From NCBI GenBank assembly GCA_017460915.1, contig JAFUAA010000049.1, positions 18,547 to 82,546 of the forward strand: 64,000 bases of DNA, in the 5' to 3' direction. Below the pieces are notes generated by a model, which was not told where the DNA came from, did not search any database, and was given only the letters and a program-made list of their open reading frames with translations. Every line of letters begins with the position of its first letter. Position 1 is the first letter of the stretch. Of this stretch, positions 42,401 through 52,969 are shown piece by piece. The position numbers and the translations under genes are program-made. Source of the DNA: Bacteroidales bacterium. Its GTDB lineage: Bacteria; Bacteroidota; Bacteroidia; Bacteroidales; F082.

Positions 42401-42526
42401 AGCCGTTGAAATGTACTCGCCGCAATCCCACCAACTCACCGTTGGCTCAAGCGTGAGAAAGTACACGATGGTCGCAATCAGTCCAGCGAACCATCCTGTG
42501 ATGTTGTTTAACCTTTTGAATGTCAT
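39422..42526 (-). CDS. DUF2723 / GT-C-like large membrane protein (1034 aa)
   Basis: N-terminal LEPTVSWWDCGEYISTAYKLQVGHPPGAPLF motif; more than 10 TM helices; soluble C-terminal half. Confidence 0.75.
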   Translation of the reverse strand: MTFKRLNNITGWFAGLIATIVYFLTLEPTVSWWDCGEYISTAYKLQVGHPPGAPLFQMIGRFFSLFAGGDVTKVAMMVNVMSAICSGLTIVFLFWTITMLARKVWMKDGEDAPWTNKIGVLLAGFVGAVAYTFTESFWFNAVEGEVYAMSSFFTAVTFWAILKWEQVADDPKSTRWIIFIAFLIGLSIGVHLLNLLCIPAFVYVVYFKKWEKTSFWGFVLAGVVSVAFLWFINMFLVPQIVNLAGKTELLFVNTFHAPFNVGTFVYFAIIIGLIIWGLWYSTKKKHVIANTAILSFMFILIGYSSFFMLAIRANTNTPINENEPKDAPSMLSYLNREQYGSWPLLYGPYYNAPVSGLKDGNPIYVKDKEAGRYVITDDNKQSRPDYPAEMKTLFPRMWSMQRGSHQEMYESYRKNERGVVTGTQVRIRNYRGETVNVNKPTFGQNLKFFINYQCNWMYWRYFMWNFVGRQNDIESQGELSHGNWLSGINFIDSARLGDQSNIPASLQNPGRTTYYFLPLILGLIGLFWLLKKDLKQSWIIFLLFFLTGLAIIIYLNQTPNQPRERDYSYAGSFYAFAIWIGFGVIALIDWINKLLKKETLITVVAIGLICFLAVPCNLAANGWEEHNRSGKTSARDWARNYLAQLPPNAIIFSRGDNDTFPMWYVQEVEGFRTDVRVCCYMLSSGYWYVHQMGRKVYDSERLPLTLTPKEYNNGVNEQIPIEEEEYFKDKRVELNQVIDFLRNPKAVKRFMGTSYNYIPCRSVKLTVDKEACIRNGIVPESMADRIVDEIDWDINENWIYKNALMLLDFMATNNWERPVYFTSFSDMSKVLGIDKYLHMEGLAYRFIPVEAEDYVKAYRSGVYREGSFDLLINKANEGTVNWGSLNQDGVVPDRESVRNMSYAQLAYSRLAQALVNHNQFDSAVIVMDKFQEFFPNEKFPAELHTYHFPEMYYRCGETEKGDDYLRKLVNNYSEQVVYYGGMKPKFREYYDDDFGEAMSLLKLFGDVAKKYGRTELAQDISDRMSDYLMKYYSD

Positions 42527-42532
42527 GATGGA

Positions 42533-43216
42533 TTATTGTTTGACGGTTGTCTTTGCGTTTTGATTTCCAGCGGGAGTTTCTTGGTCTTGCAAGTGCTCTG
42601 GCTTGTATTTGCCTTGAGGGATGTCCTCGAAGATGAACTCGTTGCAGCGTCGGGCGGCCACGATGTGGTCGGTGACGGCAGTGTTGATGGCCGAAACGGC
42701 GACGTTGGCCAAGGATCCTACCAAGCCGCCACCGTAGTAATTGTTGTCGCTCAGGTCGAGATAGAGGTCGCAGGTGCGGTCGAAAATCACCTCGTTGGTA
42801 CGGGTCGACTTCACGATGTACGAAATCTTGGTCTCGATGCCGAACCCTTTTTTCTTCCATTCGTCAATCACCGAAAACACTACGGCATCGGCGCCAAACA
42901 CCCTTCCGAAGGCTCCCACGTTTTGGTCGATGAAATTCTCGGCGTCGTAGGCGCTTTCTGACTTGAAGATTTCCATGGCCAAATGGGGTGAGATGACGTA
43001 ATATCCGGCCTCAGCCAATGGCTGGCTGATTGAGGTGTAGAGCAAATCCTTGGCTTCTACGTTGTTGGAGTTGTTGATGGGAGGCATAACAAGCAGTGTC
43101 ACGGGCTTTTCCTCGTACATTTTTGGGTAGAGTTGGCCTCGCGTGTATTTTTTTGTGGTGCAAGAGGCAAACATGACGGAACAGGCCGCCAATAGGATGA
43201 ATATGGTCTTTCTCAT
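42533..43216 (-). CDS. DUF799 (GNA1162-like) lipoprotein
   Basis: Lipobox; VMPPINNSNNVEA..AEAGYYVISP pattern; operon with CsgG-like gene. Confidence 0.6.
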   Translation of the reverse strand: MRKTIFILLAACSVMFASCTTKKYTRGQLYPKMYEEKPVTLLVMPPINNSNNVEAKDLLYTSISQPLAEAGYYVISPHLAMEIFKSESAYDAENFIDQNVGAFGRVFGADAVVFSVIDEWKKKGFGIETKISYIVKSTRTNEVIFDRTCDLYLDLSDNNYYGGGLVGSLANVAVSAINTAVTDHIVAARRCNEFIFEDIPQGKYKPEHLQDQETPAGNQNAKTTVKQ

Positions 43217-43219
43217 GGC

Positions 43220-43672
43220 TTATTGATGGCTGAATTTCTGGATAAGTGGTTCGATGAAAACGCTTGATTCGGGGTAAAGCTCCATCTCTCTTTGCAGCAT
43301 CTCCATACCCTTTTCGCGAAACAAGGGGCCGTAGTCGCCCATCGGGCCGTAGGTCTCCTTTTGCTTCTTGGTTGCGTGGCTAAGGAAGGTTGCTGCGGTT
43401 TCGGCTTGAAGCAGCAGGTAGCCATACTCGGCGCAGATGCCAGGCGGAATCACGCCTCGCGTGCCGCCGGGATGCTTCACCATGTACTCATATTGGCACA
43501 GCAGGGCGCAAACGCTTTGGGGGCTTTGCGTGTGGTAATAGTCATACATCGTAACTTCATAGTCCGATGCACCCTTGCTGCTGCGATAGGATCCCCAGTT
43601 GTAGAGGTAGGTCTTGGTCGTGCACGAACCCAGCAACAGACTCAAGCCCAGAACGACTATCATTTTCTTCAT
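43220..43672 (-). CDS. DUF4810 lipoprotein
   Basis: Lipobox LLLGSC; LYNWGSY .. IPPGICAEYGYLLLQ pattern. Confidence 0.55.
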   Translation of the reverse strand: MKKMIVVLGLSLLLGSCTTKTYLYNWGSYRSSKGASDYEVTMYDYYHTQSPQSVCALLCQYEYMVKHPGGTRGVIPPGICAEYGYLLLQAETAATFLSHATKKQKETYGPMGDYGPLFREKGMEMLQREMELYPESSVFIEPLIQKFSHQ

Positions 43673-44016
43673 AATTCAATGATTTTGGTGTCGCCGGTCG
43701 AGAGCATCACTTCTTTTGAGTAAACGGTTTGACCGTTGCGTTTCACCACCACTTGGTGCCTGCCAGGCGTGGTCTTTATGGCGCGTTTGGCCGTATTCTT
43801 TATCTCGCGGCGGGTCTTGTGCGCAATGTCCTTGATGGTCGAAGTCTGGTAGGGCTGTCCGTCGATGCCGACGTTGATGTCGTAGGCGCTTGATGCCGTG
43901 AAGCAGATGGCAGCCTCGTCCTCAATGCCCGAAGTGACGGTATAATTGCCTACGCCACAAGAGTTGAAAAGCGTGGCCACAAACAGGCAGATACTTGCAA
44001 TGATGATCTTTTTCAT
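43669..44016 (-). CDS. Small lipoprotein with PEGA-like C-terminus
   Basis: Lipobox LFNSC; GRHQVVVKRNGQTVYSKEV. Confidence 0.4.
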   Translation of the reverse strand: MKKIIIASICLFVATLFNSCGVGNYTVTSGIEDEAAICFTASSAYDINVGIDGQPYQTSTIKDIAHKTRREIKNTAKRAIKTTPGRHQVVVKRNGQTVYSKEVMLSTGDTKIIEL

Positions 44017-44019
44017 CGT

Positions 44020-44898
44020 TTATTCCTCCATTAGATAATAGTTGTCAAGATGTTCTGCGTCAATTTTCTCGCCTTCGTAGGTGGCGAAAGAGATTTCGGT
44101 CTCAGGAGTGTCGCCGTAGTTGGCTGTCACGGTCACCTGTCCCATCTTTTTGCCGGGCAATTCCACGTTGGCACCGGTTTGCGGGTTGTTGACGGTCTTA
44201 CCTTTCTTATATAAGCCGAACTTGGTGCCATGGGTGATGCCTTGCGACGCGCCACCCGAAATGACGTAGTCGCCGTCCTCGATGGTTAGCACATAGCCGC
44301 GCCACGGCTTGTCCATGCACTTGTTGATGATGTTTTCGACGAGTTGGGTGAGGGCTGCCGAAATGGCTTTGTCGCTCAGCGTGGCGTCAAAGCCAGCCGT
44401 GCCTCCAAGACCCAAAGTGGTTTTGGACGATGTCTCGGCTTGGCCTTTGGCTTCATCGGAATAGATGATGAGGCCAGAGGCTACATCAACGAGGCGCACG
44501 TTTACTGCGGCCTCAACGGTTTGCGTCTTGGTGGAGCTGAAAATGCGTTCGTCGCCTTCGGTCTTGCGTCCGAATTGGGTGATGGAGCCAAGGATGATGT
44601 AGTCGGCGCCTATTTTCTTCATGTCGCTGCCTGCTTCAGCCACAATCACATCCAGGTCGTCGCGTTCAAGCAAGATGAACTTGCCGCTGGCGGCCAGTTT
44701 CGACGAGAGAATGTCCATGGCTTGCTTGCGCATGGGGTCGTTCTCGCGGTCGTAGAAGATGCCCTTCCCGTATTGGGTTTCGTTGGTGAAGCGGCCAATG
44801 GCCACCTTGCGTTTCAAGGTCTTTTCGCCTTGTGCAAATGATGAAGGTACGCACAGTATCAAAAGCAGCAAGGCCATGATTAAACTAATCTTTTTCAT
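44020..44898 (-). CDS. CsgG/HfaB-family lipoprotein
   Basis: Start set at MKKISLIMALLL..; VAIGRFTNET, GKFILLERDDLD, ADYIILGSITQFG. Confidence 0.7.
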   Translation of the reverse strand: MKKISLIMALLLLILCVPSSFAQGEKTLKRKVAIGRFTNETQYGKGIFYDRENDPMRKQAMDILSSKLAASGKFILLERDDLDVIVAEAGSDMKKIGADYIILGSITQFGRKTEGDERIFSSTKTQTVEAAVNVRLVDVASGLIIYSDEAKGQAETSSKTTLGLGGTAGFDATLSDKAISAALTQLVENIINKCMDKPWRGYVLTIEDGDYVISGGASQGITHGTKFGLYKKGKTVNNPQTGANVELPGKKMGQVTVTANYGDTPETEISFATYEGEKIDAEHLDNYYLMEE

Positions 44899-45096
44899 AG
44901 TGTTGATATTTTTATATGTTGTTCTTTGCATTTGATTTAATTTGCAAAAATACGGTTTTTTGGCTTATCCTTTGACGAAAAACGGCAAAAATCGGCTCTT
45001 TGTATGGCGAATGAAGTTTTTTTTGAAAAAATGAAAAAAATGCTTGCACGTATTGAAAATTGTTGTACTTTTGCAGCCGCATTCGGGAACGAATAA

Positions 45097-45167
45097 TGTC
45101 GAGTGGTGTAATGGCAGCACTGCAGATTTTGGTTCTGCCTGTCAAGGTTCGAATCCTTGCTCGACAA
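45097..45167 (+). tRNA. tRNA-Gln (anticodon UUG)
   Basis: Hand-folded cloverleaf: acceptor TGTCGAG/CTCGACA (U1-A72), D-stem GTGT/GCAC, anticodon stem GCAGA/TCTGC with loop TTTTGGT, T-arm CAAGG-TTCGAAT-CCTTG. TAnnTTTG box upstream. Confidence 0.85.
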
Positions 45168-45244
45168 CTTGAGGTGGAAGAAAAGACCTGCTACTTTGAG
45201 TAACAGGTTTTTTTATTGGGTTTTGGAATAGGGTTTGCCTCTTT

Positions 45245-45336
45245 AGTCGTCATTGCGGGCTTGACCCGCAATCTCCTGAACAAGAGGCTATACCCATAGT
45301 TCAGGAGACGGCGGATGTTCCTCCGCCATGACGACT
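45245..45336. repeat. Palindromic intergenic repeat, family A copy 2
   Basis: agtcgtcattgcggg..ttgacccgcaatc..ggcggatgttcctccgccatgacgact. Inverted-repeat pairs: agtcgtcat/atgacgact and ctcctgaac/gttcaggag. Confidence 0.65.
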
Positions 45337-45387
45337 GAGAGAGGGGTTGAATGTGAATAAATAAAACGACAAACCAACATTATACTA

Positions 45388-45843
45388 ATGATAACAAAAG
45401 AACAAATAGCAACCCTTTGCGAAGAAGCCCTAACCGGCACCGACCGATTCTTGGTGGAAGTGAAGGTGAAGCTCAGCAACGTGATTGAGGTCTACATCGA
45501 CTCTGATACGGCCGTCAACATCGACCATTGCGCCGAATTGAGCCGTTTCATCGACGGGAAATTGGACCGAGATGTGGAAGATTATGAACTGAGCGTGCTC
45601 TCGTGGGGCCTTTCGGGTGCCTTGAAGATGGATCGCCAGTTGCAGAAATATGTGGGCAAAGATGTGGAAGTGAAGGCCAAGGAGATGGGCAAACTGCAAG
45701 GTAAACTTGTTGGCTTCGATGCCGAGAAGGTGGAAATTGCACCCGCGCAGAAGAAGACCTCGAAGAAGAAAGCCGTTGAGGAACAAAGCAATTTGGCTCT
45801 CGAACGCAAAAAAGTGGAGGTCAAACCGGCAATTATATTCTAA
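45388..45843 (+). CDS. rimP: Ribosome maturation factor RimP
   Basis: Size, sequence pattern and position directly upstream of nusA-infB. Confidence 0.8.
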   Translation: MITKEQIATLCEEALTGTDRFLVEVKVKLSNVIEVYIDSDTAVNIDHCAELSRFIDGKLDRDVEDYELSVLSWGLSGALKMDRQLQKYVGKDVEVKAKEMGKLQGKLVGFDAEKVEIAPAQKKTSKKKAVEEQSNLALERKKVEVKPAIIF

Positions 45844-45934
45844 CAACCCTGAAGGGGCGACCCGATTTCAAGCAGGCGATTTTAATCCCTGCGCAATCAA
45901 TAAGGAGCAAACAATAAACAATCAACATACAAAA

Positions 45935-47224
45935 ATGGACAACTACAAATTAGTAGAAACTTTCAGCGAATTCAAGGAATTCAAGAACATTGACCGCGAA
46001 GCCATGATGCGCATCATCGAGGATGTGTTCCGTGGCATGTTGAACAAGAAATTCGATTGCGACACCAACGACTTCATCGACATTATCGTGAACGTCGACA
46101 AGGGCGATTTCGAAATCTACCACAACCGCACCGTGGTTGAGGACGACAATCTGGCCGACCCGTTGCGCGAAATCAAACTCTCCGACGCCATTAAGATTGA
46201 ACCCGATTTCGAGGTGGGCGAAGAGGTGAACGAGGAGTTGCGCATCGAGAACTTCGGTCGCCGCGACATCCTGGCTCTGCGTCAAAACCTGCAGACCAAG
46301 GTGGCCGAGTACGAAAAGGAAAACATCTTCCAGAAATATAAGGAAAAGGTGGGCCAAATCATCACCGCCGAAGTGCAGCACGTGTGGAAACGCGAAATCG
46401 TGGTTGTCGACGATGAAGGCATCGAACTGATTTTGCCGAAGTCCGAACAAATCCCTGCGGATTTGAATGCGGGCAAGAAAGGCGATTACGATCTATATAA
46501 AAAAGGTGATACGCTTCGCTCCATCGTGAAGAGCGTAGAGAGCGTCAACGGCTCGCCTGTGGTGACCCTGTCGCGTACTTCCGAAATCTTCCTGCAGCGC
46601 TTGCTCGAGGCCGAAGTGCCTGAGATTTATGACGGTTTGATTACCATCAGGAAGATTGTCCGCGAGCCGGGCCAACGCGCCAAGGTGGCCGTCGAGTCGT
46701 ATGACGATCGTATCGACCCCGTCGGCGCTTGCGTCGGTATGAAGGGAACGCGAATCCACGGCATCGTCCGCGAGTTGCGCAACGAGAATATCGACGTCAT
46801 CAATTGGACCACCAACCCGGTTTTGTTCATCACGCGTGCCTTGAGTCCTGCCAAGATTACCAACATCATCCTCAGCAGCGACAATACGATGGCCAATGTG
46901 TATATGGAGAACGACCAAATCAGCCTCGCCATTGGTAAGGGTGGCTACAACATCAAGCTGGCTGGCAAGCTGACGGGTTACGAAATCGACGTTTACCGCA
47001 ACAGCGAGGCCAACAATGCCGAAGAGGATGTCGACCTGCAAGAATTCTCCGACGAAATCGACCAGTGGGTCATCGACTCGCTCATCAAGATGGGTTGCGA
47101 CACGGCCAAGAACGTGCTGTCGTATACCCCCGAAGAGGTGGCCAACCGTGCCGACCTCGAAATGGAGACCGTCAAGGAAGTGTTCCGCATCCTGAAGGCC
47201 GAATTTGAACAAGATGCCGAATGA
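45935..47224 (+). CDS. nusA: Transcription termination/antitermination factor NusA
   Basis: Start set at MDNYKLVETFSEF..; S1 and two KH domains (ACVGMKGTRI, IGKGGYNIKLA). Confidence 0.9.
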   Translation: MDNYKLVETFSEFKEFKNIDREAMMRIIEDVFRGMLNKKFDCDTNDFIDIIVNVDKGDFEIYHNRTVVEDDNLADPLREIKLSDAIKIEPDFEVGEEVNEELRIENFGRRDILALRQNLQTKVAEYEKENIFQKYKEKVGQIITAEVQHVWKREIVVVDDEGIELILPKSEQIPADLNAGKKGDYDLYKKGDTLRSIVKSVESVNGSPVVTLSRTSEIFLQRLLEAEVPEIYDGLITIRKIVREPGQRAKVAVESYDDRIDPVGACVGMKGTRIHGIVRELRNENIDVINWTTNPVLFITRALSPAKITNIILSSDNTMANVYMENDQISLAIGKGGYNIKLAGKLTGYEIDVYRNSEANNAEEDVDLQEFSDEIDQWVIDSLIKMGCDTAKNVLSYTPEEVANRADLEMETVKEVFRILKAEFEQDAE

Positions 47225-47268
47225 TGCCAAGGCAATAAACAATAAACGAGAAACAAAGGAAAGAAACT

Positions 47269-50232
47269 ATGTCCGAAGAAACTAATTTTACGATTCGATT
47301 GTCGAAAGCGGCAAAAGAATTCAATGTGGGTAAGGATACCATCGTGGAGTTCCTCGCGAAGAAGGGCTTCCAGGTGGATCCGTCACCCAACACGAAGCTC
47401 ACATCGCCGATGTATGAGCTGCTCGTGAAGGAATATCAGGGCGAGAAGGAAGTGAAGAACGAGGCCATGAAATTGGGCAACCTCTCGTATAAAGGTGGTA
47501 GTGTTTCCGTTGATTCGGCATTGCAAACGCAAAAAGTCGCTGAGGATGATGACCACGACGAGGTGATTATCCGTTCGAACACGATATCATCGCCATTGAG
47601 AAAGACCTCAAAGCCGACCCAACCAACCGATTCGGTCGCTGAAGTGGAGAAAAAGACAGAGGAGAACCCGGCAGAACAGCCTGTCCCAACGGAGCCAGAC
47701 CCTGTTGAACCTAAGAAAGAGACTCCAAAGCCTCAGGAGGAACAGCCGAAAGAAGAGAACAATTCGGGTATCTCGCTGAAGATTCTGGGTCAGATCGACT
47801 TGGAACCGAAGTCTCGCCAGGAGGGTAAGAAAAAAGGCAAGAAGGAACAAAACTCCGAAGCCAAACCGACCAGGCCGAAAGAACAAAAAGCCCAGGAAAA
47901 GAAACCTAAGGAGCAGAAGCCTGCCCCAAAGAAAGAGGAACCAAAGCCTCAGATTGCCACAAAACCTGAGACGGAGAAACCCGCCGAGCCAAGAGTCATC
48001 AAGTTGGAAGCCCCCAAACTGCAAGGCCCCAAGGTCTTGGGGATGGTGGAACTGCCTGATGAGAAAAGACAAGGCAAGTCGGGCGATTCGAAGAAGAAAA
48101 AGAAGCGTAAACGCATCATGGGTGGCAAGCCGGAAGGCTCGTCGGAGAATCCTACCGGACCAAACGTGAATGCAGGTGGCAAGAAGTCGGATGGTGGCAA
48201 ATCAGGCAAAGGGCAGAAGTCGCAAGGTGGTGACAATGCCAACAATAACAGCAAGAAAAACCCGAAGGACAGCCCGAAACCCAGCAAGAAAGACAAGAAA
48301 GGCAAACGCGAAGAGAAGCCCGAACTGACCGAAGAGGAAATCTCGAAGCAAATCAAGGACACGCTGGCTCGTCTCGCTCCTATGGGCAAGTCGAAGACCT
48401 CCAAGCACCGCCGCGAAAAACGTCAGCAGGTGGCGGGCAGCATGATGGAGGAAATGATGCGTCAAGAGGAGGATAAGAAAGTCCTGAAGGTGACAGAGTT
48501 CGTTACGGCTAATGAGTTGGCCACGATGATGAACGTGCCTGTGGTGAAGGTCATCGGCACTTGCATGAGCCTCGGTATGCCGGTTTCCATCAACCAACGC
48601 CTCGATGCTGAAGCCCTGACCGTGGTGGCCGAGGAGTTTGGCTTCCAAGTGGATTTCGTCAGTGCCGATGTGCAAGAGGCTATTGCCGAAACGGAGGAGA
48701 CCGACCTTGAGGAAGACCTCGTGCCTCGTGCTCCTGTCGTCACCGTCATGGGTCACGTCGACCACGGTAAGACCAAATTGTTGGACTACATTCGTAATAC
48801 CAACGTGGTGGCGGGTGAGGCCGGTGGTATCACTCAGCACATCGGTGCTTATGAAGTGACGACCGAAAGTGGCAAGAAAATCACCTTCTTGGATACGCCT
48901 GGTCATGAAGCATTCACGGCCATGCGTGCCCGTGGTGCCAAGATTACTGATGTGGCCATCATCGTCATCGCTACTGACGATAGCGTGATGCCGCAAACCG
49001 TCGAGGCCATCAACCATGCCCAGGCCGCCGGCGTGCCTATCGTCTTCGCCTTGAACAAAATCGATAAGCCCACTGCCAATCCCGACAAGATTCGTGAACA
49101 ATTGGCCAATATGAACATCCTCGTCGAGAGTTGGGGTGGCAAGTACCAAGACCAGGAGATAGCCGCTAAAATAGGTCTCAACGTCGATGCCTTGCTTGAA
49201 AAAGTGTTGCTGGAGGCCGAACTCCTCGACTTGAAAGCCAACCCGAAGCGCTTGGCCAAAGGCACGGTCATCGAGTCGGCTTTGGACAAAGGACGTGGCT
49301 ATGTGGCCAAGATTCTGGTGCAGAGCGGCACGCTGAAGATTGGCGACATGGTGCTGGCTGGTACCACTTACGGTAAGGTGAAGGCCATGTTCGACGACCA
49401 TAACCGTCCCGTTAAGGAGGCAGGTCCGTCCACGCCCGTGCTGTTGCTTGGTCTGAATGGCGCTCCCATGCCCGGCGATGCCTTCAACGTGATGACCGAC
49501 GAGCATGAGGTGAAGGCCATCGCCAACCGCCGTGAACAGCTGCAACGCGAGCAGACGCGCCGCACCAGCCCGCACATCACCTTGGACGAAATCGGACGAC
49601 GCATTGCCATCGGCGACTTTAAGGAACTGAATATCATCGTCAAGGCTGACGTGGACGGTTCCGTCGAGGCTCTGGCCGACAGCTTGCTGAAACTCTCCAC
49701 CGAGGAGGTGCAGGTCAACGTCATCCACAAGTCGGTGGGTGCCATCAGCGAGTCGGATATCATGTTAGCTTCGGCTTCCAATGCAATCATCGTGGGCTTC
49801 AACGTGCGTCCTACCGCCCAAGCGCGTAAGATGGCCGAAAATGAGAAGATTGACATCCGTCTGTATTCTATTATCTATCAGGCCATCGAAGAGATCAAAG
49901 CCGCTATCGAGGGCATGTTGGCTCCCGAAATCGAGGAAGTGGTCACCTGCAACCTCGAGATTCGCGAAACCTTCAAGATCAGCAAGGTCGGCACCATCGC
50001 CGGTTGCATGGTCCTGGACGGCAAGATCACCCGCAACACCAAGATCCGCGTCATCCGCGACGGCATCGTGGTCTACACGGGCTTGCTCGGCTCCTTGAAG
50101 CGTTACAAGGACGATGTGAAGGAAGTCAGCGCCGGTATGGACTGCGGCCTCAACATCGAGAACTTCAACGACATCAAGGTCGGTGATATCATCGAGGGCT
50201 ATACCGAAAAAGAAATCGCCCGCAAGCTGTAG
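47269..50232 (+). CDS. infB: Translation initiation factor IF-2
   Basis: GTPase motifs ([23 protein letters not shown]); long K/P/E-rich N-terminal region. Confidence 0.95.
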   Translation: MSEETNFTIRLSKAAKEFNVGKDTIVEFLAKKGFQVDPSPNTKLTSPMYELLVKEYQGEKEVKNEAMKLGNLSYKGGSVSVDSALQTQKVAEDDDHDEVIIRSNTISSPLRKTSKPTQPTDSVAEVEKKTEENPAEQPVPTEPDPVEPKKETPKPQEEQPKEENNSGISLKILGQIDLEPKSRQEGKKKGKKEQNSEAKPTRPKEQKAQEKKPKEQKPAPKKEEPKPQIATKPETEKPAEPRVIKLEAPKLQGPKVLGMVELPDEKRQGKSGDSKKKKKRKRIMGGKPEGSSENPTGPNVNAGGKKSDGGKSGKGQKSQGGDNANNNSKKNPKDSPKPSKKDKKGKREEKPELTEEEISKQIKDTLARLAPMGKSKTSKHRREKRQQVAGSMMEEMMRQEEDKKVLKVTEFVTANELATMMNVPVVKVIGTCMSLGMPVSINQRLDAEALTVVAEEFGFQVDFVSADVQEAIAETEETDLEEDLVPRAPVVTVMGHVDHGKTKLLDYIRNTNVVAGEAGGITQHIGAYEVTTESGKKITFLDTPGHEAFTAMRARGAKITDVAIIVIATDDSVMPQTVEAINHAQAAGVPIVFALNKIDKPTANPDKIREQLANMNILVESWGGKYQDQEIAAKIGLNVDALLEKVLLEAELLDLKANPKRLAKGTVIESALDKGRGYVAKILVQSGTLKIGDMVLAGTTYGKVKAMFDDHNRPVKEAGPSTPVLLLGLNGAPMPGDAFNVMTDEHEVKAIANRREQLQREQTRRTSPHITLDEIGRRIAIGDFKELNIIVKADVDGSVEALADSLLKLSTEEVQVNVIHKSVGAISESDIMLASASNAIIVGFNVRPTAQARKMAENEKIDIRLYSIIYQAIEEIKAAIEGMLAPEIEEVVTCNLEIRETFKISKVGTIAGCMVLDGKITRNTKIRVIRDGIVVYTGLLGSLKRYKDDVKEVSAGMDCGLNIENFNDIKVGDIIEGYTEKEIARKL

Positions 50233-50255
50233 GCGATTTCATTTCAAGATGCTTT

Positions 50256-50290
50256 GTAGAGACGCAAAATTTGCGTCTCTACATTTTTTT
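50256..50290 (+). terminator. Rho-independent terminator after infB
   Basis: Stem gtagagacgca / tgcgtctctac, followed by a T-run. Confidence 0.7.
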
Positions 50291-52847
50291 ATTCTAATTT
50301 CGTCATCACTTTCAGCAGTTGTTCGCCCAAGCCAATGGTGTAGCCTTGTTTGGTGAAAACCACCTCGCTGTTGTTGTTGGCGATGATGAAGATGGGTAGG
50401 CTGGTGTTGTCGAGGTGCAGGTTGCTAGTGATTTCGTCCATGATTTCCTGTGTGAAGAAACCATAGGTGACGTTGCTCGGCAACTCATTGAAATTCTTCA
50501 GTTTGAATTGATCATAGCTGTCTTGTTCGCCAAAAAGGAACACCAAGGGTACACTGCTTTCCTCGAAGTCGTTTCGGAACGCGCTGATGTCTTGCATGGC
50601 GTGGGTGGTAGGCTCGCTACCTTGGTCGAGGATACCAAGGATGTAATATTCGTCGCCAATCAGTTGCTTGAAGTTGTATTCCTCGCCAGTCTCAGCTTCC
50701 GTAAAACGGTTGTTGGAATAAAAGTCGCCGATGACCTTGACGCTGGCGTCAGGTTCGCGCAGAACAAGGTCGACTTGGGTGGTCTCGTTTGCCTTGATGG
50801 TGAAGAACTGACTGTGAGTCAAGGCGCTGCCATCGGGGAGACGGGTGCCCGCTGTGAGGATATAGAAACCTTCATCCAAAGGCGTTGGATGGTCGAAACT
50901 CGACAACAGCATACCATCGTCAATACCAGGGTCTTTGGCATCGTAGGCCAGCAGGCGGAAACTTTTGCCGTCGAACTTCTTGATGCTGAAGTGCGTGTAG
51001 TATTTCGGGTTGGAGGCGGCGGCGATAGGCGCATAATGGATGTCGAGATAGCCCGTGCCAGCAGCGGTTTGGGCTTCTTGCTCAAATTGCACGTTCATCC
51101 ATTGGTTCTCGTCAAAATATTGCACATTGCCGTTCACGGGGTTGATTTGTGCGGCGATGCCCAGGCTCCGGGCCATGGCCACGAAAAAGATGTCGCGCGA
51201 ATGGCGGTCGGTCTTGCTGGCTTTCAGCACACCCAGGGGCGAAATCGGAATGCGTTGCGGGTTGAGTTCGTCGTCAGTTTTGATGTTTTGTCTTGCCCAA
51301 TCGACCAAAAGACTCGGATTGTCATGGAACTTTTGGGCTTCTTCGCCATTGAAAAATTCGGTGAACACCTTGCGGAAAGCCACAAGATTCTCGTTGCTGA
51401 TGCGTGGACTGAGGATGTATTGTGCATACAGCTCGGGAGGCATCGAAACGATGGACGAAGTCAGGTCGGGCGTGTGGTCGAAATGGTCTTTCAGGACTTC
51501 AAGCGTAACGTCGCGCAAGTCCTTGTCAGTGATGTTGCTCAGCAACTCCACTGCCTTGATTTCCTGGTTTTTGCCTTGTGCGTATTTGACGAAATCGGCG
51601 ATGGTTTGGTAGTTGCCCCAGGTCTTTTCATAAATGCGGCACAAAGTCTTGTTGCCCGTGTTGGCAATCAGCTCACGTTGCGCATCCTTGCAGGATTGGA
51701 TGTATGCGTTGCGAATCGAGTCCTCGTAGGTGATGCGGCGGGCGTTTTCGGCGCGCGTTTCCGCACTGACTTCGGGCAAAACGCTGGTCGGGGCGGGTGG
51801 CACCATGTCGAATTCGAAGATGTCGTTTTGACCTTCCTCGTGGTTGAGGGTGATGGTGACATTCTCATTTTCGCCTGACTTGAAGACTTGGTAGCCGAAC
51901 TTGCCGTCCTTGGCAGCGTAGGCCATCATGCAGCCCAAACCGGCCGTGAGCCAAGTCTGGCCGTTCTCATCGGTGGTCTTTTTCACGACGGTGCAGAACT
52001 CGGCATAGTTGTAAATCTTGAACTCTACGGGCAGGTTGGTTTGCGGTTTTCCGTCTTCGTCCACCACGGTAAAAGTCGTTTTGGCGGTCTTGCCATAGCT
52101 GTCCACCACATTGATTTCCGTGTAGTTACGGTTGCGGCTGATGACTTCCTCGGGACCGTCATAGTCGCCGAAGACGCGCGTGTGTAATAACAAAGTGCGC
52201 GAGGCGGGCTCGTTGAACCAACCCAAGTCGAGGACAGGCTCAGGCTCGCAGGCGCCGAGGAAATGCCACTGGCCATCCACCCAAGCCTCAACCCAAGCGT
52301 GGTTGTCGTCGCAGTGGGCCCAGCGGGGGGTATAAACTTGTCGGGCTGGGATGCCGACGGTGCGCAAGGCTGTCACCAGCAAAGTCGACTCCTCGCCGCA
52401 GCGTCCCCACGAGGTCTTGATGGTGGACATCGGGGCACTGGTGCGGCTGTCGGTGCCTTTGTAGTTGACGCGCTCGTGGCACCAATGGTTCACTTCGAGG
52501 ACAGCGTCGTAGAGCGACAAGTCCTTCACGCGGGCTTTCAGTTCCTCGTAATAGGTGCTGCGGAAGTGGTCGAGGCCCTCGTTGTTGACGCGCACGGGCA
52601 CCACGAAGTGCTTGAACTCGCGTTCGGGAACCGTCGCGCCCCAAGGCAACTCGTTTTTGGCGCGGAAGGCGTAGTGCACGCTTTCCTTGTAATAGTCTTC
52701 GGTGTAGTCCACGCTGTCGCCGACGGGCATATAGGCGTAGAGGAAATCGAGGGCGGCTTTTTCGTCGAAGCCATTCGGATGGTTTTCTTCCGTGCAGGCC
52801 GCAAAGAACAGCGCGGCAACGATAAGGGTGAAGATGATGTTTTTCAT
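50289..52847 (-). CDS. Transglutaminase-domain lipoprotein
   Basis: Start set at MKNIIFTLIVAALFFAAC; core GRCGEESTLLVTALRTVGIPARQ .. DDNHAWVEAWVDGQWHFL. Confidence 0.7.
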   Translation of the reverse strand: MKNIIFTLIVAALFFAACTEENHPNGFDEKAALDFLYAYMPVGDSVDYTEDYYKESVHYAFRAKNELPWGATVPEREFKHFVVPVRVNNEGLDHFRSTYYEELKARVKDLSLYDAVLEVNHWCHERVNYKGTDSRTSAPMSTIKTSWGRCGEESTLLVTALRTVGIPARQVYTPRWAHCDDNHAWVEAWVDGQWHFLGACEPEPVLDLGWFNEPASRTLLLHTRVFGDYDGPEEVISRNRNYTEINVVDSYGKTAKTTFTVVDEDGKPQTNLPVEFKIYNYAEFCTVVKKTTDENGQTWLTAGLGCMMAYAAKDGKFGYQVFKSGENENVTITLNHEEGQNDIFEFDMVPPAPTSVLPEVSAETRAENARRITYEDSIRNAYIQSCKDAQRELIANTGNKTLCRIYEKTWGNYQTIADFVKYAQGKNQEIKAVELLSNITDKDLRDVTLEVLKDHFDHTPDLTSSIVSMPPELYAQYILSPRISNENLVAFRKVFTEFFNGEEAQKFHDNPSLLVDWARQNIKTDDELNPQRIPISPLGVLKASKTDRHSRDIFFVAMARSLGIAAQINPVNGNVQYFDENQWMNVQFEQEAQTAAGTGYLDIHYAPIAAASNPKYYTHFSIKKFDGKSFRLLAYDAKDPGIDDGMLLSSFDHPTPLDEGFYILTAGTRLPDGSALTHSQFFTIKANETTQVDLVLREPDASVKVIGDFYSNNRFTEAETGEEYNFKQLIGDEYYILGILDQGSEPTTHAMQDISAFRNDFEESSVPLVFLFGEQDSYDQFKLKNFNELPSNVTYGFFTQEIMDEITSNLHLDNTSLPIFIIANNNSEVVFTKQGYTIGLGEQLLKVMTKLE

Positions 52848-52969
52848 GGTTGGAATATTTTTGTGGCAAAGGTAATGCTTTTTCGCGATTGCAAGAAAAC
52901 TATGATATAATTTTGCTCCTCTACTTATCAATAAATTTCTACCTTTGCGCAAATTTTGAATTTAAGAAG

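Noticed and set aside
45707-45934. N-terminal 76-codon extension of the nusA ORF
   Set aside because: It overlaps the 3' end of rimP in another frame and is Arg/Pro-rich. The conserved NusA N-terminus begins at the ATG at 45935.
48202-49728. 508-aa - strand ORF. Similar long antisense ORFs occur at 54032..55105, 24900..26000, 34068..35042, 38440..39222 and 59693..60655
   Set aside because: All lie opposite strongly supported genes (infB, the TonB receptor, the DGR target, the transposase, lgt, the C25 protease). They show the low-complexity, stop-poor character of antisense frames in GC-biased coding DNA.
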